A DNA stretch of 63,075 nt, counting the filler, from Octopus bimaculoides (taxonomy: Eukaryota): NCBI RefSeq assembly GCF_001194135.2. It is 8 parts of 7 records of this genome, joined end to end, with 100 filler letters (N's around TTAATTAATTAA, not from the genome) between each part and the next. Parts side by side here need not be neighbours in the genome. Positions count along the whole stretch, not along the records: positions 1 to 28,756 come from NC_068986.1; 7 more parts are not named here. The stretch is one strand, 5' to 3'. Under the pieces are notes generated by a model that saw only the letters and a program-made list of their open reading frames with translations, was not told the origin of the DNA and ran no database searches. The position numbers were made by a program, and so were the translations under genes. Within the stretch, counting starts at the first letter, position 1; each line of letters starts with the position of its first letter. Shown here piece by piece: positions 1-13,072 of this stretch.

Positions 1-422
1 TATATATATATATATATATATGTATGTGTATATATATATACATATATATGTATGTATGTATGTATGTAGATATATATGCACACATATTTGCATATGTTGT
101 TGTTATGTATATACAGCAGGTGTACAGAAGTAAGTTGTATTGAAAATATTGATACCTTTCAAGAAACGAAAGATTTTTTTTATTCAAAATTAGTTCGTAA
201 ACATAGAAATTGATAATTGTCTCACAGTAATCTTTTTTCGGTCTGAAAAGAGAGTCTCTACTCTACGCTGTCGGTTTGTCTACCAGAAATCGCACCTGTC
301 CATTAGTAACTGTACTCGTAGATACTCTTTGACAAAAAGACACAAAACCGGATATTTACCTTTGAACTACCTATATTTATACGTTTTTTGTAAGAGAGCT
401 ACACAAAAGTTAGGGATTTTCA

Positions 423-489
<67 letters not shown>

Positions 490-966
490 GGCACGTGTGA
501 ATGACGGAGCCACCTTGAGCATAACACTATAAAGGAGTAAAAAAAAATCCAGAAAAAAAAAAGGCAAAAGAGAGTCACTTACTGTTATAGTTCCTTCAAT
601 AACAATGACATTGACCAAGGTTACCGTGGTCATTTCCGTAAGCTTTTCTTTCCACAGCTAAACCTAAACTGTCCTCCCCTCTTTTTACACGAGAACATTA
701 CTGNNNNNNNNNNNNNNNNNNNNNNNNNNNNNNNNNNNNNNNNNNNNNNNNNNNNNNNNNNNNNNNNNNNNNNNNNNNNNNNNNNNNNNNNNNNNNNNNN
801 NNNNNNNNNNNNNNNNNNNNNNNNNNNNNNNNNNNNNNNNNNNNNNNNNNNNNNNNNNNNNNNNNNNNNNNNNNNNNNNNNNNNNNNNNNNNNNNNNNNN
901 NNNNNNNNNNNNNNNNNNGTATTTGTCCCATCTTTGTTGAGCCCTGTGTGGCTAATAAAATAAATG

Positions 967-984
967 TATCTATCTATCTATCTA

Positions 985-1027
<43 letters not shown>

Positions 1028-1058
1028 GCCTGTCTGTCTGTCTGTCTGTCTGTCTGAC

Positions 1059-1107
<49 letters not shown>

Positions 1108-1120
1108 ATCTATCTATCTA
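967..1120. repeat. (TCTA)n/(TCTG)n microsatellite
   Basis: Direct reading; (TCTA)n also at 423-489. Confidence 0.95.
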
Positions 1121-1748
1121 TCAAAAAGTCCCAAAAGTAGTTTCATGCACGCTGATAACCCAAAAGACTTCCGGTTACATAGGAAAAGTAACTAATGTTT
1201 TAATAGTGGCAAAATTTTATCTGAAAGATAATTCATGCGTTCTGCATTTTCTGCGAATGTAAGTGGTAGAATCAACAAAGGGAGGTAATTTCCAACGCAT
1301 TAGTTGTATGAAAATACCTAACGAAGGGTTTGGAAAATCTTAGGGTTATGTGTTTTCTATGCGAACAACTAGAAGTCAGACCCATCATCTTTTTGAAGAG
1401 CGGAACCTTTGGAAACAATATCTAATATACTTCTGAGATAAATGCACGCATTCTAGGAACGACTGTACGATTTTGCATCCTTAAAACCAAGAATTCATTA
1501 TGAAGGTGATTCTATTTAGCAGGAAAAGTCTATTTTTTTTATCGTTTAAATAGCTGGCCTAGATATTGTATTCCTATTATTTAGTGCCTTCTACTCCAAT
1601 TTCCCTTCCCATATTATCTCGCCGAACCTTGTATTTTACGATATATGTAATATGCTAACAATATTTCTCGTACTGCTTTTCAATAATTGGTAGAATGAGA
1701 TCGTTGCAGTAGTCTGTCTGTGTTTTTCCGGTTTCATTATTTGAATTC

Positions 1749-2132
1749 GGAGGCCCAATGACCCAGTGGTTAGGGCAGTGGACTCGCGGTCATAGGATCG
1801 CGGTTTCGATTCCCAGACCGGGCGTTGTGAGTGTTTATTGAGCGAAAACACCTAAAGCACCACGAGGCTCCGGCAGAGGATGGCGGCGAACCCTGCTGTA
1901 CTCTTTCACCACAACTTTCTCTCACTCTTACTTCCTGTTTCTGTTGCACCTGTAATTTAAAGCGCCAGCCTTGTCACGCTATGTCACGCTGTATATCCCC
2001 GAGAACTACATTAAGGGTACACGTGTCTGTGGAGTGCTCAGCCACTTGCACGTTAATTTCACGAGCAGGCTGTTCCGTTGATCGGATCAACTGGAAGCCT
2101 CGACTTCGTAAGCGACGGAGTGCCAACAACAA
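1749..2132 (+). mobile_element. SINE family A (~385 bp, tRNA-like head, (CAA)n tail), full length
   Basis: A box tgacccagtgg, B box ggtttcgattccc; five homologous copies in the window; TSD atttgaattc (1739-48) / atttgagttc (2132-41). Possibly Octopus OR1/OR2 (unverified). Confidence 0.9.
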
Positions 2133-2590
2133 TTTGAGTTCACTCAGCAAGTAACAACGAATACTATATATGCATTGTTGTTTGTTTGTAATTCTGTATA
2201 TTAAATTTCATTGTGTGGACGCTCATGCTCGTATGTTAGTATATGTTTCCCTGTGTATGTATGCACCCGCGTGCGTGTGTTAGTGTATACTTTTGCAAGC
2301 GTGTGTCTATGTTGTAAATTTATTTGAAAAGATGAAGAGAACGATGAAGGAAAATAATATAGGTAATGAAATTGCTTCTAATTGGGATTAGTAACAAAAT
2401 TTCTCCTTCTGAGCCGAACTCGTTATGATGATGGTTAGCATTACTTCCATAGTCTTATGAAACAGAAAAAAAATTAAAATCCCATTCGTACACAGTCTTT
2501 GCGTGAGAGATCGAGACAATCCTAATAGGGTCACGTTTACACTGGAGTACGGAAGGAAGGCATTGGCCTACTAAATATTACACAATACTA

Positions 2591-2997
2591 AGGCGGCGAG
2601 TTGGCTGAATCGTTCGCACGCGGGTGAAAAATGCTTAGCGGCATTTCGTCTGTCTACGTTCCGAGTTCAAATTCCACCGAGGTCATCTTTGTCTTTCATC
2701 TCTTCGGGATCCATAAATTAAGTACCGGTGAAACACTGGAGTCGACGTAATCGACTTAAACACTCTCCCCTGAAATTACTGGCCCTGTGCCAAAATTTGA
2801 AATTAATATTACAGATTACTTCTAGTGCCATTTTGTCAGTATTTACGTTCTGAGTTCAAGTTCTGCCGAGGTCGACTTTACCTTTCGTGTTTCCGGGGCC
2901 GATGATGTAAATATCAGTTGAGTACTAAGGCCAATGGAATCGAATTTACCCCTTCCAAAAAACTGCTGGCCTTGTGCCAAAATTAGAATCTAATATT
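2591..2997 (+). mobile_element. SINE family B (~220 bp), two tandem copies (2591-2810 and 5'-truncated 2827-2997)
   Basis: Head aggcggcgag..aatcgtt..gagttcaaattcc, body gcctttcatcctttcggggtcgataa-like, tail ggccttgtgccaaaatttgaaa. Confidence 0.85.
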
Positions 2998-3024
2998 TAC
3001 AACCCAAAATAATTTGCATAATTT

Positions 3025-3505
3025 AAACACACACACTTATAAACGCATGTACGCTTGTGTGTGTTTGTGTATGTGTGTGTGTAGACAGACAGAGCTTTAG
3101 ATACATCGACACACACGCACGTACACACAAACATACAATTCTCTGTGAGAGCTTGTATGTGTGTTTGTATGTGTGTGTGTTTGTATTTGTATGTGTGTGT
3201 GTTTGTGTTTGTATGTGTGTCTGTTTGTGTGTTTGTGTGTGTTGTGTGTGTGTTTGTATGTGTGTGTGTTTGCGTGTGTGTGTTTGTATGTGTGTGTGTT
3301 TGCGTGTGTGTGTTTGTATGTGTGAGTGTTTGTATGTTTGCGTGTGTTTGTGTATGTGTTTGTGTGTGTTTGTGTGTGTTTGTGTGCTTGTGTTTGTGTA
3401 TGTGTGTGTGAGTGTGTGTGTGTGTTTGTATATGTGTGTGTTTGTGTGTGTATTTGTGTGTGTTTGTGCGTTTGCGTGTGTGTGTTTGTATGTGTGTGTG
3501 TTTGC

Positions 3506-3537
<32 letters not shown>
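3025..3537. repeat. Long degenerate (TG)n/TGTGTT/TGTATG microsatellite
   Basis: Direct reading; source of the poly-HT/CV ORFs. Confidence 0.95.
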
Positions 3538-4149
3538 TCAGTGAGTGTGATTGAAAAACGGGGACAGAATAAAACACAGCTCTGTCTTCCATTTAAACCC
3601 AGATTATTCCAATACTCCGCAATTTTTAAACCTTCCAAAACTCTATCCTCTCTTCCCTTTTTCTAAATCCCAGTCATATCACTTCTCTCCCTTTCCCTCC
3701 TCTATATACTTCTTTCTCCCCCCCCCCACATATTCCATTAAAAAAGCAACAAAAAACAACCATTGCCATCCTTTACCTCCTCCTCTTCCTCCTTCAAATA
3801 TTTCGCCATCCTTTCGCTCCGTCTCTTTCGCTCTGTGCCGTCCCCAGCATTAATTAGCAGCGAGGTCTTCATCAGCGCTCTTCAATGATTGGTCTCTCAA
3901 CGTACGGGTTAATTAGTCAGCAAAAATGGAGAGTAGTCGCCCCAGGGATGCAAGCAAACCGCTAAAACACATGAGCACACATTATAGCACTAACATACAC
4001 ATTACAGCACACACACACACAGTGACACACACAATCACATACATGCAAATATACACATCCGTGTCATGAAACACTCGCACAAGAACATTTAAATTCACCA
4101 AACACACACACACATACACACAGCGATTAATACATATACACGTATATAT

Positions 4150-4201
<52 letters not shown>

Positions 4202-4525
4202 TCATGCATTCATATTATGGCGTTACAAAAAAAGGGACAGGACGCGAAAACAGCATAGGGAAAAAATAACGTAAATATACATGCATGTAAAACTTGAAAA
4301 CATGCACGTACAAACGCCCATGCGCATAATGTATACACGCAAACACGCACAAACACATCCATTATCCTCATCAAAACCTGAGCGCAGTTGAACTGAGTTC
4401 ATAGTCAAGTTCGTATATAGGCACATACAGAAACACACACACACACTTGCACAAAGTCGTGTAATAAACCTCAGAATAATACAGAATGCATACTGTCCCC
4501 TGTTTATATATGTGTATACTCTCTT

Positions 4526-4580
<55 letters not shown>

Positions 4581-4585
<5 letters not shown>

Positions 4586-4768
4586 TCTTTTACGTGTTTC
4601 AGTCATTTGACTGTGGCCATGCTGTAGCACCGCCTTTAGTCGAAGAAATCGACCCCAGGACTTAATCTTTGTAAGCCTGGTACTTATTCTATCGGTCTCT
4701 TTAACCTAACCGCTAAGTTACGGGTATGTAGACGCACCAGCATCGGTTGTCAAGCGATGTTGGGGCGA

Positions 4769-4811
<43 letters not shown>

Positions 4812-4970
4812 CACGGGCTTCTTTCAGTTTCTGTCTACCAAATCCACTCACAAGGCTTTGGTCAGCCCGAAGCTATAGTAGAAGACAATTGCCCAAGGTG
4901 CCACGCAATGGGACTGAACCCGGAACCAGGTGGTTGGTAAGAAAGCTACTTACCACACAGCCACTCCTGT
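4581..4970 (-). mobile_element. SINE family C (~390-500 bp, tRNA-like head, CORE-like ccttgggcaagtg, internal TA/TG microsatellite, (GTAAAAGA)n tail), full length
   Basis: Minus strand ggagtggctgtgtggtaagtagc..ggttcagtccc..gggcaa..gaaagaagcccg..(TG)n..gatagaataagtac..cagcatggccacagtcaaatgactgaaac; an extra tail fragment follows at 4981-5037. Confidence 0.9.
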
Positions 4971-5040
4971 TCTTTCATTCTTTTATTCTTTTACTTGTTT
5001 CAGTCATTTGAGTGCGGCCATGCTAGAGCACTGCCTCCAA

Positions 5041-5390
5041 TTTACCTTTCATCATTTTGAAGTCTATAAAATAATTATGAATTGAGCACTGGAATCAATG
5101 TAATCTACTTATTTACTCCCCCGAAATTGCTAATGCTATGCCAAAATTTGAAACCGATCTTTCTTTATATTGAAGTGGCGAACTAGCAAGACTCGTTAGT
5201 TTAGCACGCCAGGCATTTTAGCTTGGCAGCATTTCGTGTCTTTACGTTCTGAGTTCAAATTCCTCCGACGTCGACTTTGCCTTTTCATCCTCTCGGTGTC
5301 GATAGAACAAGAGCCATTTGAGCACTGGAATCGATGTAATTAACTCGATCCCTTCACCGATATTACTGGCCTTCTGCCAAAATTTGAAAA
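5041..5390 (+). mobile_element. SINE family B, two diverged tandem copies
   Basis: 3' half 5041-5155 and near-full copy 5172-5390, both ending gccaaaatttgaaa. Confidence 0.75.
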
Positions 5391-5799
5391 CAGCATTTAT
5401 TCAAAATGTTTCACTCAAAGAGCTATAGCAGAAACTATTGTAGAATACTTGTCGAAGGTGCTGAAAAACTGAACCCACAGCCATGTCGTTATGTAAGGAA
5501 TTTCATAATCACACAACGACTGGTTTCTGTATTTCTCAAATTTTTTTTCAATATGCATGTTGCCTTTCCATCTTCTTTTAACTTTTCCTTGCATTACCAT
5601 TGTTTTTTTCTTACGTTTGAATATTTTTTTAATTTTTTTTTTATAAAAATCTGAATTTTTTTTTTTTTCCTCTGAAAATCATTTTCTTTCCGTTATTGAT
5701 TTACTTTTTATGCACTTTCCACACTTTTTCCCTCTTTTCCTCTTCGTGTATCCTTGATTTAGCTTCCTGATATCTTGCAGGACTAGAAAAAAAAATGAT

Positions 5800-5819
5800 A
5801 GTAGTAGTAGTTATAGCAA

Positions 5820-5857
<38 letters not shown>

Positions 5858-6176
5858 TTGGTGTTGGCGGTGGTGGTTGTGGTGGTAGTAGTAGTAGTAG
5901 TAGTAGTGTTGGCAGTGGTGATGGTGGTGCTAGTAGTAGTAGTCGTCGCCGTTGATTTACTCCCCTTCGACTCTGGNNNNNNNNNNNNNNNNNNNNNNNN
6001 NNNNNNNNNNNNNNNNNNNNNNNNNNNNNNNNNNNNNNNNNNNNNNNNNNNNNNNNNNNNNNNNNNNNNNNNNNNNNNNNNNNNNNTAACAGCGGTATCG
6101 AAGTCAGTGGTCAGGCTGGAAGCAGTAATAGTGGAGATTGAGATGGAAGTGTTACCAGTGATAGCCGTGGAGGTAA

Positions 6177-6238
<62 letters not shown>

Positions 6239-6330
6239 TTGGTGTTGGCGGTGGTGGTTGTGGTGGTAGTAGTAGTAGTAGTAGTAGTGTTGGCAGTGGT
6301 GATGGTGGTGCTAGTAGTAGTAGTCGTCGC
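5800..6330. repeat. (GTA)n/(GTG)n trinucleotide block with a 156-bp duplication across a gap
   Basis: 5821-5976 is identical to 6202-6357. Confidence 0.9.
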
Positions 6331-6575
6331 CGTTGATTTACTCCCCTTCGACTCTGGTGGAGCAGGCTTGCGATCAGCGATATTCTGGCATATACTATTC
6401 CTGTCTTTCCATCGGACACAATGTATCTTAAGACTGCACAATGCAGCTGGACGTGATTTTAGAGTGAGTTAGCTGAGATTTCTAACCGGTTGGCGACTGC
6501 AGAGAACTAAGTTCATGCGAGGCTCACGATTAGTCTTTTGGCTCGTATTTTCCTTATCCTTGTTCATTGTAAAGT

Positions 6576-6790
6576 AAGGCGATGGTCTGACAGAATCGTT
6601 AGGACTCTGGCCGAAATGCTTAGCGGTATTTCGACGGTCTTTACGTTCTGAGTTGAAATTCCGCCGGGGTCGACTTTGCCTTTCATCCTTTCGAGTCCGA
6701 TAAATTAAGTCACAATTGCTTACTGGGGTCGCTTTAATCGACTGGTCCTTCACCCCAAATTTCGGGCCTTGTGCCTGGAGTAGAAAAGAA
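6576..6790 (+). mobile_element. SINE family B
   Basis: gaaatgcttagcggtatttcg..gagttgaaattccgccggggtcgactttgcctttcatcc body. Confidence 0.85.
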
Positions 6791-6990
6791 TCGTTAGCAT
6801 GACCTTAGAGGCCTTTTTCCGTCTTTACGTTCTAAATTCAACTTCCGCAGAGGTCGAATTTGCCTTCTATCCTTTTGGGATAGAATAAGTACTAGGCTTA
6901 CAAAGAATAAGTCCTGGGTTTGATTTGCTCGACGAAAGGCGATGCACCAGCATGGCCACAGTCAAATGACTGAAACAATCAAATGAATAA
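6791..6990 (+). mobile_element. Chimeric SINE: family B 5' body joined to family C 3' tail
   Basis: B-like to ~6878, switching at gatagaataagtac (6879-92) to the C tail ..cagcatggccacagtcaaatgactgaaaca. Confidence 0.7.
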
Positions 6991-6991
6991 A

Positions 6992-7028
<37 letters not shown>

Positions 7029-7120
7029 CAGTAAATATACAAATATACAAATTTGAAACCTTGGATATATATATATATATATATATATATATTACCTTTC
7101 AAATGGTTATCGTTGTTTAG

Positions 7121-7186
7121 CCCCGGTAGGCTTGAATCGACTTGAGCTATGATCGAAGGGATTCTAGCCGTATCCACCTCATTCTT
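7121..7186 (+). repeat. Old interspersed repeat family F (other copies 37671-37730 minus, 56826-56890 plus)
   Basis: Three mutually alignable copies: ttgtttagcccc..ga..ctatgatc.aagg.att.cagccgt-like core. Confidence 0.55.
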
Positions 7187-7483
7187 ATTTCGATATTATT
7201 AGGCTTTAGTAGACAGAATGGAGAATCTAGATAGGCCTGTTTGAATAGGTCTACGATACAATTATTACTAAACTTAGAACAATAATTACTAGAGTCGATC
7301 TATTCAATTAAATCCCTTCAAGTGCTCCAGCATGGCTGCATTCCAATGTGAGAAACACCTTAAAAGTGTCTGTGCATGGAGGGGAGTTAAATGAAATTAG
7401 CATATTAGAGTTCGTATTCGTTAATCACGTGAGAGTGTCTAAGACCTACTTTGGTTTAATAACTAGTTATGTACTCTGTCTCT

Positions 7484-7866
7484 GGAGGCGCAATGGCCCA
7501 GTGGTTAGGGCAGCGGACTCGCGGTCATAGGATAGCGGTTTCGATTCCCAGACCGGGCGTTGTGAGTGTTTATTGAGCGAAAACACCTAAAGCCCACGAG
7601 GCTCCGGTAGGGGATGGTGGCGAACCCTGCTGTACTCTTCCACCACGACTTTCTCTCACTCTTACTTCCTGTTTCTGTTGTGCCTGTAATTCAAAGGGTC
7701 AGCCTTGTCACACTGTGTCACGCTGAATCTCCCCCGAAAACTACGTTAAGGGTACACGTGTCTGTGGGATGCTCAGCCACTTGCATGTTAATTTCACGAG
7801 CAGGGTGTTCCGTTGATCGGACCAACTGGAACCCTCGACGTCGTAAGCAACGGAGTGCCAACAGCA
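7484..7866 (+). mobile_element. SINE family A, full length
   Basis: Homologous to 1749-2132; TSD atgtactctgtc (7469-80) / atgtagtctgtc (7867-78). Confidence 0.9.
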
Positions 7867-9118
7867 ATGTAGTCTGTCGACCAGTACAGAGTATAGGGAA
7901 GTCTGTGCTTGGATATTTTAGACAGAAGATACTTTAGCGAAAAGAAAGGCTGAATTGGTGCGTTACGCTCCGCCCCAAAACTTGAGTCTCAGAATGTGTA
8001 TTTCAGAAACTGCAACATGTGTTATGGTACAAACTTTCATCTCTAAAAGAAGAGGCGGTGCATGGCAGCAGGGATAGTAACATCAGCAACAACAACAACG
8101 AGTTCAAGATATAATGTACATGGCGGCTGCCGCCGCAGTTGCCAGAATTAGCTGAAGTGTAACTCTTGAACTTATTTCATTATGATAAAGATTTCATTAT
8201 ATTACAGATATCTTCTTTTTCGTTCCAGATTTAATGTGATACCCAGAATAGTATTACCCTTAGAGTCTTCGATTTCACCCCGTTCTTTCTTTCTTTCTTT
8301 TTTTCTTTCTTTCTTTCTTTCTTTCTTTTTCTCCTTCGTTCTTTATTTTGAAAACCTTTACTTGTAATTTTCTTTCAATCCTTCATTTTGTTAAAAAAAG
8401 TTTCTTTAATATTCTGTCTACCGTACGACTCCTCCCAAATTAATCGCAAACATTCATTCTTTCATTCATTCATTCATTCATATATTTATTCATTCATTTT
8501 ATTCTCATTTTCTTTCTTCCGGAATTTCCTTCCCCCTCCCTAAATTCATTCTTTCATTCCATCCATCAGCCTTCAATTCCTTTCACCACTTCCTTTATAC
8601 AGTTCCTTTTTTCCCCCCTGCTTCTATTTTTTTTCTTTTCTTTTATCCCCCCCCCCACCGCTTCTTCTTTTCATATTCCCATGCTTCCTTCCATTTTTGT
8701 TTAGTAATTATTTTCTCTCTCCAAGTATTTTTTATGCTTAGTTCCTTTTTCCATAATTTTTTTTTCACTCCNNNNNNNNNNCACCACCACCATCCACCAA
8801 CCTCATTTTACAGTCCCCTTGCACTACCCTTCATGCTTCCTTTCCTTCTCCCCCTCCACCAGCATCACCACCACCGCCACCACCACCTACGTTGCTATTG
8901 TGAGAAGAATGCGAGACGTCCATGTGTAACACCCAGTATTTTAGTCAATTGAAAGTTCTCCAGCAATTAATAACAGACCTCGGCACTTTTAATATATTAA
9001 CACATGTGTGCATCATATCTCTCTCGCTTTCCTCTCTCCATCCCTCCATCTCTTTCATTCCACGCACACTCATATGTATATTATGTATGCGTGTGTGTAC
9101 ATATATGTGTATGCATGT

Positions 9119-9172
<54 letters not shown>

Positions 9173-9586
9173 GCATACAAACATCCATAAATGTATGTGT
9201 GTATTTGTGTGTGAGTGTGTATGTATACATATAAATATCCATATATATATGTATATATATATATATATATACATATATATGTGTGTGTGTATGTGTGTGT
9301 GTATGTGTGTGTGTGTATGTATATATATTTCGTTTCTGGATTTGATTTGAAAGATTCTTTATTTGAGTTCGTGTGTTGAAGCATATTTTGTTGTGTCCGA
9401 GAAGAGTCATTCCTTTTTAGTGCCTTATTATTTAACACACTCACTCATTTACTTATTAATTTTTTCTAAAATTTTCTTGGCGTCTTGCAGCCTTTTCAAT
9501 CATCGTTGACTCTGTCCGTTCGCCGAGCTGCGTTCTTCTTGTTTGTCTGTGCACATGTATGTGGGTCAGTGTGCGTACGCATACAC

Positions 9587-9617
<31 letters not shown>

Positions 9618-9697
9618 TGTATGTATGTATGTATGCATGTATGTATTATGAATGTTTGAAAATCGCATATTTGAAAATCACACATACACACACAAAA

Positions 9698-9738
<41 letters not shown>

Positions 9739-9872
9739 TTGGAATCCACATCATTTCAATATGCAGTTCATCATTAAACGTATTGAATGGTATATTGGAA
9801 AATTGTCCAATTTGCTTATATCAATTTAATTGAAGGTTTATACATACCTACGTACATGAAAGTAAATGTGTA

Positions 9873-9959
<87 letters not shown>

Positions 9960-12613
9960 GAGAAAGAGAGAGTGTGTGTGTGTATATTATTATTCAGTTT
10001 TATTTCAAGATTCCTTGTCTATAGAGAAAGAGCTGGTTTGAAAACTAGATCCAAGGCTATGTATGTACGTACGTATTTACATTGTACGTACGTAAAAGAG
10101 GTATTTACTGCGAAACCCTCCACATTATGTCAGATTTTCTCCAGGAATAATTTATTGTCAATCTGGTTTGGTCCTCAGTAGAAGTCAGCCACCGACCAGG
10201 TCCGAGAGTAATTTGCTTCTATTTCTGTTTTATTTTGCATTGGATAGTCCACCAGTCCAGGATACACCTTTCGGAAAACGGTGTAATTTTAGAGTATATC
10301 TGTCTGTTGCTGTTATTTTTGTTGCTGTAAATATCATTTGCTTTTGTTTGCTTAGTTGTATTGTTATGATCGTTAAATTTCTTGCTTTTCATTATACGTA
10401 TTTCGTATTTCTATTTTTTCTGTTGTGGTTTAGCGTATGATTGTCTTTGGTGTTCTTCACGTTTATTTTTTGTAATGCTTGTGTGATTTGTGGGTAAACT
10501 GTTCGCTCTTTTGTGTCCGACGTACCTTCTTATTTTATTTTCTTTGCGGTAGATCACCGTGTGCTGCTAGTCTCGCCTCTCCTCTTGCACCTCATGAAGT
10601 CTGTCTTCCATGATCCAACCTACTCTTCATCATTTAGTGAAATGTCAGAGGCTGTTTAATGAATTTTTGTGCATTCCAGACGTTTGTGTTGGCTTTCGTG
10701 GTTTTATTTTCGACAGGAAAAGGCACACCTGCGAGTTTATTTATTTATTTTCTTAAAATCAGATTTGGTAATATTTCTTATCGCCACTTTAACTGTACTT
10801 TACTTCTTGCTGTTACCGTTGCTGCTTTTACGGTTGATGGTGTTATTGTTGACGTTAGTGTTGCCGCTTTTGTTGTTATTATGACGTTAGAATACTGTTT
10901 TCACTCTCACACTTCTCTGAGAGAAGAAATCTCTCTATCCCTTGTTCACACCTCATCTGTAATGCCAGCACCCGGCCTTCCACCATAATTTTAATCAGAT
11001 GTTCCCTCTTTAAATAAACGAGGGAAACGGGAAAATTCGGGATACACTGCCGTGGTAAACATTATCCCATACACTGTTCTGATCTCCGACAAGTTTTAAT
11101 AAGAAGTCGACCTTGAGTTGACTATCACCTAAATACTGGACGGCAGTATAGGGTGACGATTCAGAAAAACAGGTTTGTCTAACTATTTCCCTACTCCACG
11201 CTATACTGCGATTACAGACGGCCACTACTGTCCGATATTGCCTTCCTATCTTGACGTATCGTGTCGAAATGTACACATTCTCCATAAATTTTTCGGAAGT
11301 AGGTTTATCGTCTTTTCTGTTATTCCTATAGTGAATGTTCCACATGTTTTGATTTCCCCACTTTATTTCTTCAAGGGTAAGCGTGTCAGTTTCCAGTATA
11401 AATATTTATATTTCTACCTGACCTCTGACATTTAAGCGATTGCGTGACTTTTGAGAACGACCATTGCCTCGCGTACAATGGTGGTGGCGGCAATTTCAAA
11501 GGTGTTGCTTTTGTTCACTATGCTGGTCATAGTCGAAGCGCTGCTGCTATTAATAATTGTTATGGCAATTGCTTTCAGTTGTTACATTCTCGCGTGTTTC
11601 AGTGCTACTGGTGGAGATAATAGTTACAATGGTCTTTCTGTTGTTTACGTTGTTGTAGTTGCCGTTGATAACGTTCTTGGTGTTATTGTTGTTACTGCTG
11701 GTGTTGTCATCGTCAGGTGTAACGATAGCGGTGATATCTGCTTTGATGGCAGTAATATTTTTCTGGATCCTGAACCAGGAAAAGAAAGACTACATTTACA
11801 AAATCAAAGAGAGAAGTCGTTTTTATATAGGTAGATCTTCATCTCAGTTGTCCAAAAGAATATCTAATCATTACTCTACATTTAGGCATATCAATTAACG
11901 TAACAATACTGCGCTTAGTAAATTAATCTAGTATCTAAAAGATCATAATAAACAATTTAATTTGGAATGGAATATTCTCTCTATTTCTTTACCTTGTGAC
12001 AAAGGTAACTCTTTTTGCTCCCTTTGTAATAATGAAATGTTTTTTATCCTATTATCAGAGAATCCCCTTGTAAACACATTTATAGAACACGTTTATCGTT
12101 GCAAACATTGGCAGAAATATAGCTTTAGTTCCTATAAGTGATTTCGACCATTCTATAAAATTTGACCTTTGACTATCTTCTTACATTATTGATGTGTTTG
12201 GCTTCTTTCTTTCCCTAATGAGAAGATGGCATTGTTTTACACCATTTTATTCATTCTGGAATAATACCAATTTTGTCTTCGAAACATATGTCGGAAGTAA
12301 AAGAATTTGAATAACACGTGCGTTTAACTCCATTTATTTATTTATCTATATTATATAAAACATTTCACCTAAATCTGGATTTTCTACCTTTATAAATAAG
12401 CTGTTACATCCTCGTTAGTTGCGTGAAATTTTGCTACCCTGGTAACTATTTATTTATTTTCTCCGTGTTATTTGTAAACACTGGAAAAACACACCTACAN
12501 NNNNNNNNNNNNNNNNNNNNNNNNNNNNNNNNNNNNNNNNNNNNNNNNNNNNNNNNNNNNNNNNNNNNNNNNNNNNNNNNNNNNNNNNNNNNNNNNNNNN
12601 NNNNNNNNNATAA

Positions 12614-12747
12614 CCTTCGAACAGGGGAGGTCAGCAGTGCCCCCCTGCTGGTTTGGCATCTGCAGACTAGTTTCAGGGTGTTGCCCCTTGTCAATGCAGA
12701 GCAGCCAAGCCCTAGCCAGGCGGCGCTGCTGACTATCTGCTCGAAGG
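12614..12747. mobile_element. 134-bp GC-rich fold-back MITE (piggyBac-like ends)
   Basis: Termini CCTTCG..CGAAGG with imperfect inverted arms of ~55 bp (gtcagcag/ctgctgac, tctgca/tgcaga); flanks ATAA and TTAT, each one base from TTAA. Confidence 0.6.
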
Positions 12748-13072
12748 TTATTTATCTAATTTCAGTGGAATCTATCCACTGGTTTTCAGAAATAGAGTTA
12801 TTAATATTTCTAAGTCTCTCTAAAGGAGACTACGGCAGCGGTACTGGAAATTAATAGTTATCGCCAAGCCAACATATATATATGTGTGTGTGTGTGTGTG
12901 TGTCTGTGTGTGTGTAGAATGTACCTTGAGTATATGTTCACGTGTATACAGGCACATATATATGTGTGTAAGCATGCATGAATGTGTATATCAAAAGTTA
13001 TATAGAGAGATGGAATGATATCCTTGTTTACTTAAATATGATGGCTATTTTGCTATTTATGTTCCAGTGGGA

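Noticed and set aside
2997-3666. Long poly-HT/CV ORFs (and similar ones throughout)
   Set aside because: Dinucleotide microsatellites and N runs lack stops; not coding evidence.
3850-3920. Paired TAATTA sites plus ATTGG as an enhancer
   Set aside because: Short motifs are expected by chance in AT-rich DNA; no conservation data.
5701-6441. 246-aa Thr-rich mucin-like ORF
   Set aside because: Made of (ACT/ACC)n repeats, spans an N gap and a probable false duplication; no signal peptide or splice support.
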